Shown piece after piece: positions 27,506-31,243 of a stretch of 31,243 nucleotides of DNA. The stretch's first letter is position 1. Each line of letters begins with the position of its first letter. The stretch lies in assembly GCA_963675745.2 (NCBI GenBank), contig CAXXWX010000018.1:1-31243 (forward strand), written 5' to 3'. The translations under genes and the position numbers were made by a program. This stretch comes from Phycisphaerae bacterium. GTDB lineage: Bacteria > Planctomycetota > Phycisphaerae > UBA1845 > Fen-1342. The notes beneath the pieces were generated by a model that was given only the letters and a program-made list of their open reading frames with translations, was not told the origin of the DNA and did not search any database.

Positions 27506-27942
27506 GTGGACCCGGTGACGCTACGCGTCCACCGGGTATTCAACGGCATCGGCCGATATGTTTCGCAGAGCAAGCGCAAACCCAACCGACCCGGCAGCCG
27601 TACCTTGCACGTCGCGGGCATGGGTTGCGACGGCGTAGTGAACACCTTTGACACGTTGAGTGGCGTCAAGGGCCGGCGAGCGATATCGATCCGTTTCTGC
27701 TGGCGCTTACGCCGACGCCAATGATCCCACCGCGCCGTCGTATGACGAGGAATACCCGACGAAGAACAACCGGCTGCTGTCGTACACGGAAGAGCGACAC
27801 ATGCCGTTACCGCAGGCGGGCAGCGACCGAGCCGCTCTCCGGACTCACTGCCCGGCGAGCCGTCCATGACAATCGTCGTCAGGAGTTCGGGCACGCCGAC
27901 GAAGCTTGCCTCGAGACGAGAACCGGCCTCCGCGTCCGGAAC

Positions 27943-30900
27943 TCAGGTTCCGAACGCCGCCTGAAACTCGGCGAAGTCCGCCATGTCTACATCGCCGTCC
28001 CCATCAATATCGCTGCGCTCAAAGTGCTCAGGATCGCATCCTGGATTCGCGTTCCCCGGGCCCGACATGCAGCCGACTAACAACGCGAAGTCGTCCGCGT
28101 CCACGTCACCATCTCCATCGATGTCCCCCGTAATCACACCCTCACACTCGTCGGGGATGCCGTTGCCGTTTGTGTCGGTGCTGGCCCCGAACTCGATGTC
28201 ACAGGCGTCAGCCACGCCGTTGGTGTTACAGTCGGCCCCGATGCTACCGGTCTCATCGGCGCCCATATCGACGCGACACTGCTGCACGCGCGGTTCGCCG
28301 TCGAGGTCGGTTTCGTTCGGGTCATTGGGGTCAAACAGCGAGTTCGGGTCGCCCGCGTTAATGCACGGCGAGTTCGGCTCGAGGTGCCACGCGTCGCCCT
28401 GCAGCAGCGGGTCGTCCACGATGTTGCCCACGCCCGCGAAGCCGCCGCCTTCGATGCAACTGTATGTGATCGTCACGGCGCCGCGCACCTGTGGGTAGTT
28501 CGGTGCCGTGTTGCCCCACAGCACACAACTTGTCAGAACGGTAGCCCCTTGCGAGTTGTAGAGCGCACCGCCGTGAGACGTGGCGAAGTTATACGTGAAG
28601 GTGCAATTGACCACGATTGCCGCGTCCTCGCCCTGGTACATTCCGCCGCCCAGGTTGCCCTGATTCCCGTTGAACAGACAGTTAACGAGCAGCGCGGTGC
28701 TGCTCCGCGCCATCACGCCTCCCCCACTCGCGGCGTAGTTGTCCTGGAAGAGGCAGTTGGCCAGCACTGGAGCGCTATTCCGCTGGTAGAACCCGCCGCC
28801 GGAGACCGTGGCCGTGTTCGATTCGAACATGCATCTCGTCAGCGTCGGATCTCCGCTGTTGACGTACGCGCCGCCGCCGTCCGAAGCTGAATTGTCCGTG
28901 AATGTGCAGTCCAGCAGAGACGCGTTGTCCGCGGCGTTGTAGAACCCGCCGCCACTCTCAGACGAATTGTCGACAAACTGGCAATAGCTCACCTGCTCGT
29001 CACCCGTCCGGGAGTACATGCCGCCGCCCTGCAAGGCAGCGTTGTTCGATGAGAATATGCAATGGCTGATCGTGGGCGTGCCCGAGGTCTTATAGAGTCC
29101 GCCGCCGCGCCGGCGCGGGCTGTCGTCGACGTGATTCGCGTTCCCCGCGGTGACCGTGAAGCCGTCGAGCACTGCGTCGGCGTTTACACCCGACGCGGTG
29201 ACAACGTGATAGGCGTTATCCTGCCACGCGAAGGCGTTCGGGTCGACCGGAGCGTTCGGGTCATCATTAGCGGCCAGGTCGCCGCTGAGCACCGCAAGGT
29301 AGGCGACCGGGTCACGCGTATCCGGGGCGTTCGGATCGACCAGACCTGCGTAGCCGCCCTGCAACGCGACACCATCGAGCATTGCGAAGGTCGCCGTGCG
29401 TGGGTCGTTGGGGTCGGTCTGCGCGGAGGGCCGGTATACGCCGCCGGCCACGCGGACCTCCACTACGTTTGGATCGGCCGTGGCAGCCGCCAGCGCCTCC
29501 TGCAAGTCGCGGTAGGGCGACTCCCAGCTAATGCCCGTGCCGCCCAGGAGGGCGTCATCATCCACGTAGCGCACTGGTCCCTCGCATGCGTCCGGCACGC
29601 CGTTGCCGTTGTTGTCAAGGCCGGGGTCGGCGGCGATATCGCACTCGTCAGGGATGCCATTACCGTTGCAATCGTGCCCGTAGAGTTCGCATTCGTCGGG
29701 CACGCCATTGGCGTTGCAGTCGTCGAAGGACTCGCACGCGTCGGGGATGCCGTTCCCATTGCAATCCGCGACCGGCACTTTGTAGATGTAGGCCGCCCCA
29801 GAGCCGTCACCGTTATCGTCGTCGCCCCATGCACCCAGGATCGCAAGATCGCCCGACAGGTCGACGCAGCGGCCGAAGTAGTCCTCCGCCGCCCCGTCGC
29901 TTGCCAGGATCTTGGTGACTTGGGTCCACGCCTGACCCGTGTATTCGAACACGTAGGCCGAGCCGGCGAATCGACCGAGGTCGTTGTCGTGGTACGCACC
30001 GACCAGGACGGTATCGCCGGCGACGGCCACGTCGTATCCGAACCACTCATTGGTCCCGATGTCCGCCGCCAGGAGCTTCTGCTCTTCGTTCCAGCTCATG
30101 CCATCGTGGCGGAACACGTAGGCCGCACCGGCGTTGACAGCCGCTTCGTCGTTGTAGTGGGCCCCAATTACGACGACGTCGCCGGACACGGACACACGGT
30201 GACCGAAGAAGTCACTGCCGGCGCCGTCGGATGCCAACAGCTTGGCTTCCTGCGTCCAGGTGCCCGAATAACGGAAGACATACGCCGAGCCGGACCACTG
30301 GCCGTAGTCACCGGAGCGCGATGCGCCGACGAGAACGACATCACCGTCAATGGCCACGTCCTCGCCGAAAGTGTCACCACTCTCACCGTCAGCCGCGACG
30401 AGCTTGGCTTCCTGCGTCCAGGTACTGCCTGAGCGACGGAAGATGTAGGCTGCGCCAGCCGCGCTGGCCACGTCGTCGTCACCTTGTGCCCCAACGATGA
30501 TGACGTCGCCCTGGATCGCCACACTGATGCCGAACCAGTCATTCCCAGCGCCAACATCCGGCAGCAGTTCAGCCTCCTGTATCCAGGCGGCCGGCGGCTC
30601 GGGATCGTAGCGGTAGACGTATGCCGCCCCGGAATTGCCGCCGAAGTTGTCGGCGTAGTGCGCGCCGATTACGACGCGGTCACCGGAAACATCGACGCTG
30701 TAGCCGAAGTAGTCGCCCGGCGCCGCGTCCGAAGCGAGCAGCTCGGCTTCCTGCTGCCAACTGCCGTCCGTGTAGCGGAAGACATGCGCCGCGCCCGCGT
30801 TGTCGTCCGGCTGGTCGTCGCGCAGGTATGCCCCGACGACGGCCACGGTTCCATCGATGGCGACACCGTTGTAACCAAAGCGGTCATCCTCCATGCCGCC

Positions 30901-31243
30901 AACGGCAAGCAGCTTGGTGACCTCGGTAAGTTCGACTTCGCACTCGTCGAGTTCCCAGTTACCGTTGCAGTCCAGGCTCGGGTTGTCGGAGATGTCCTCG
31001 CTGTCAGGTATTCCATTAATGTTGCAGTCAGCGAAGTCGGAAGTCTCATCGGCCCCGATGTCGACGCGGTCGTGCAAGACACGCTCATCACCGTCGATGT
31101 CAATCTGGTTGGGATCGTTGGGATCGTATGGGAAGTTCGGATCGCCGGTATTGATGCAGGGCGAGATGTCGCGCAGGTGCAAGTCGCCGTAGTCGTCATT
31201 TACGCCGTCCCACAGCCCGTCGAAGCCAGGGGAGGGGGCGCGA
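27943..31243 (-). CDS. Large secreted/surface protein (FG-GAP propeller, parallel beta-helix, Ca-binding DCNxNGxPDxC repeats, C-terminal dockerin/EF-hand-like); 5' end beyond the right edge
   Basis: Seven FGxxVxxxGD...GAAYVF repeats, NxA..GGG beta-helix repeats, SPCINAGDP, GDIDGDGDVDxxDF x2; frame open to 31243. Confidence 0.92.
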   Translation of the reverse strand, partial: RAPSPGFDGLWDGVNDDYGDLHLRDISPCINTGDPNFPYDPNDPNQIDIDGDERVLHDRVDIGADETSDFADCNINGIPDSEDISDNPSLDCNGNWELDECEVELTEVTKLLAVGGMEDDRFGYNGVAIDGTVAVVGAYLRDDQPDDNAGAAHVFRYTDGSWQQEAELLASDAAPGDYFGYSVDVSGDRVVIGAHYADNFGGNSGAAYVYRYDPEPPAAWIQEAELLPDVGAGNDWFGISVAIQGDVIIVGAQGDDDVASAAGAAYIFRRSGSTWTQEAKLVAADGESGDTFGEDVAIDGDVVLVGASRSGDYGQWSGSAYVFRYSGTWTQEAKLLASDGAGSDFFGHRVSVSGDVVVIGAHYNDEAAVNAGAAYVFRHDGMSWNEEQKLLAADIGTNEWFGYDVAVAGDTVLVGAYHDNDLGRFAGSAYVFEYTGQAWTQVTKILASDGAAEDYFGRCVDLSGDLAILGAWGDDDNGDGSGAAYIYKVPVADCNGNGIPDACESFDDCNANGVPDECELYGHDCNGNGIPDECDIAADPGLDNNGNGVPDACEGPVRYVDDDALLGGTGISWESPYRDLQEALAAATADPNVVEVRVAGGVYRPSAQTDPNDPRTATFAMLDGVALQGGYAGLVDPNAPDTRDPVAYLAVLSGDLAANDDPNAPVDPNAFAWQDNAYHVVTASGVNADAVLDGFTVTAGNANHVDDSPRRRGGGLYKTSGTPTISHCIFSSNNAALQGGGMYSRTGDEQVSYCQFVDNSSESGGGFYNAADNASLLDCTFTDNSASDGGGAYVNSGDPTLTRCMFESNTATVSGGGFYQRNSAPVLANCLFQDNYAASGGGVMARSSTALLVNCLFNGNQGNLGGGMYQGEDAAIVVNCTFTYNFATSHGGALYNSQGATVLTSCVLWGNTAPNYPQVRGAVTITYSCIEGGGFAGVGNIVDDPLLQGDAWHLEPNSPCINAGDPNSLFDPNDPNETDLDGEPRVQQCRVDMGADETGSIGADCNTNGVADACDIEFGASTDTNGNGIPDECEGVITGDIDGDGDVDADDFALLVGCMSGPGNANPGCDPEHFERSDIDGDGDVDMADFAEFQAAFGT

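Noticed and set aside
27506..27870. RHS/YD-repeat-like gene fragment (YDEEYPTKNNRLLSYTE)
   Set aside because: Too short and broken across frames to support a call
29062..30432. 456-aa plus-strand ORF and similar overlapping ORFs
   Set aside because: Antisense shadows of the large secreted protein, expected in high-GC DNA

Overview
GC-rich bacterial DNA, probably Planctomycetota/Phycisphaerae (inferred from the CxCGYDLRG..CPECG protein and the DCNGNGIPDEC/FG-GAP/dockerin-like secreted protein). Most of the window is a tRNA-Pro(TGG) integration hotspot with two layers. (1) 1-8992: a ~9 kb phage-satellite-like element with a tyrosine integrase (runs off the left edge, missed by the ORF track), HK97-type capsid, prohead protease, P27-type small terminase, iteron ori, primase-helicase and excisionase-like HTH. 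It ends at a tRNA-Pro 3'-half fragment and shows no portal, large terminase or tail genes. (2) 8993-25491: a tandem array of three recombinase-less cargo cassettes. Each ends in the same 89-bp unit, which resembles the tRNA 3' end and encodes on the minus strand an interchangeable C-terminal tail (RSxWTRLELFA...ALLAA*) of a large serine recombinase, whose truncated remnant sits at the far end of the array. Cargo: (C1) SAM-methyltransferase-like protein + SPL-like radical SAM; (C2) a Ubl/E2-JAB/tandem-E1 ubiquitin-like operon, a lipoprotein, an AAA-DUF4143 ATPase and an IS110; (C3) SPL-like radical SAM + type IIG-like DNA methyltransferase with APPF in place of NPPY. C1 and C3 share a left end and a promoter/operator motif. 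An IS1380 sits exactly inside the third att unit. The right end holds an aminotransferase and a large secreted repeat protein. All calls come from reading motifs by eye; no database searches were run.
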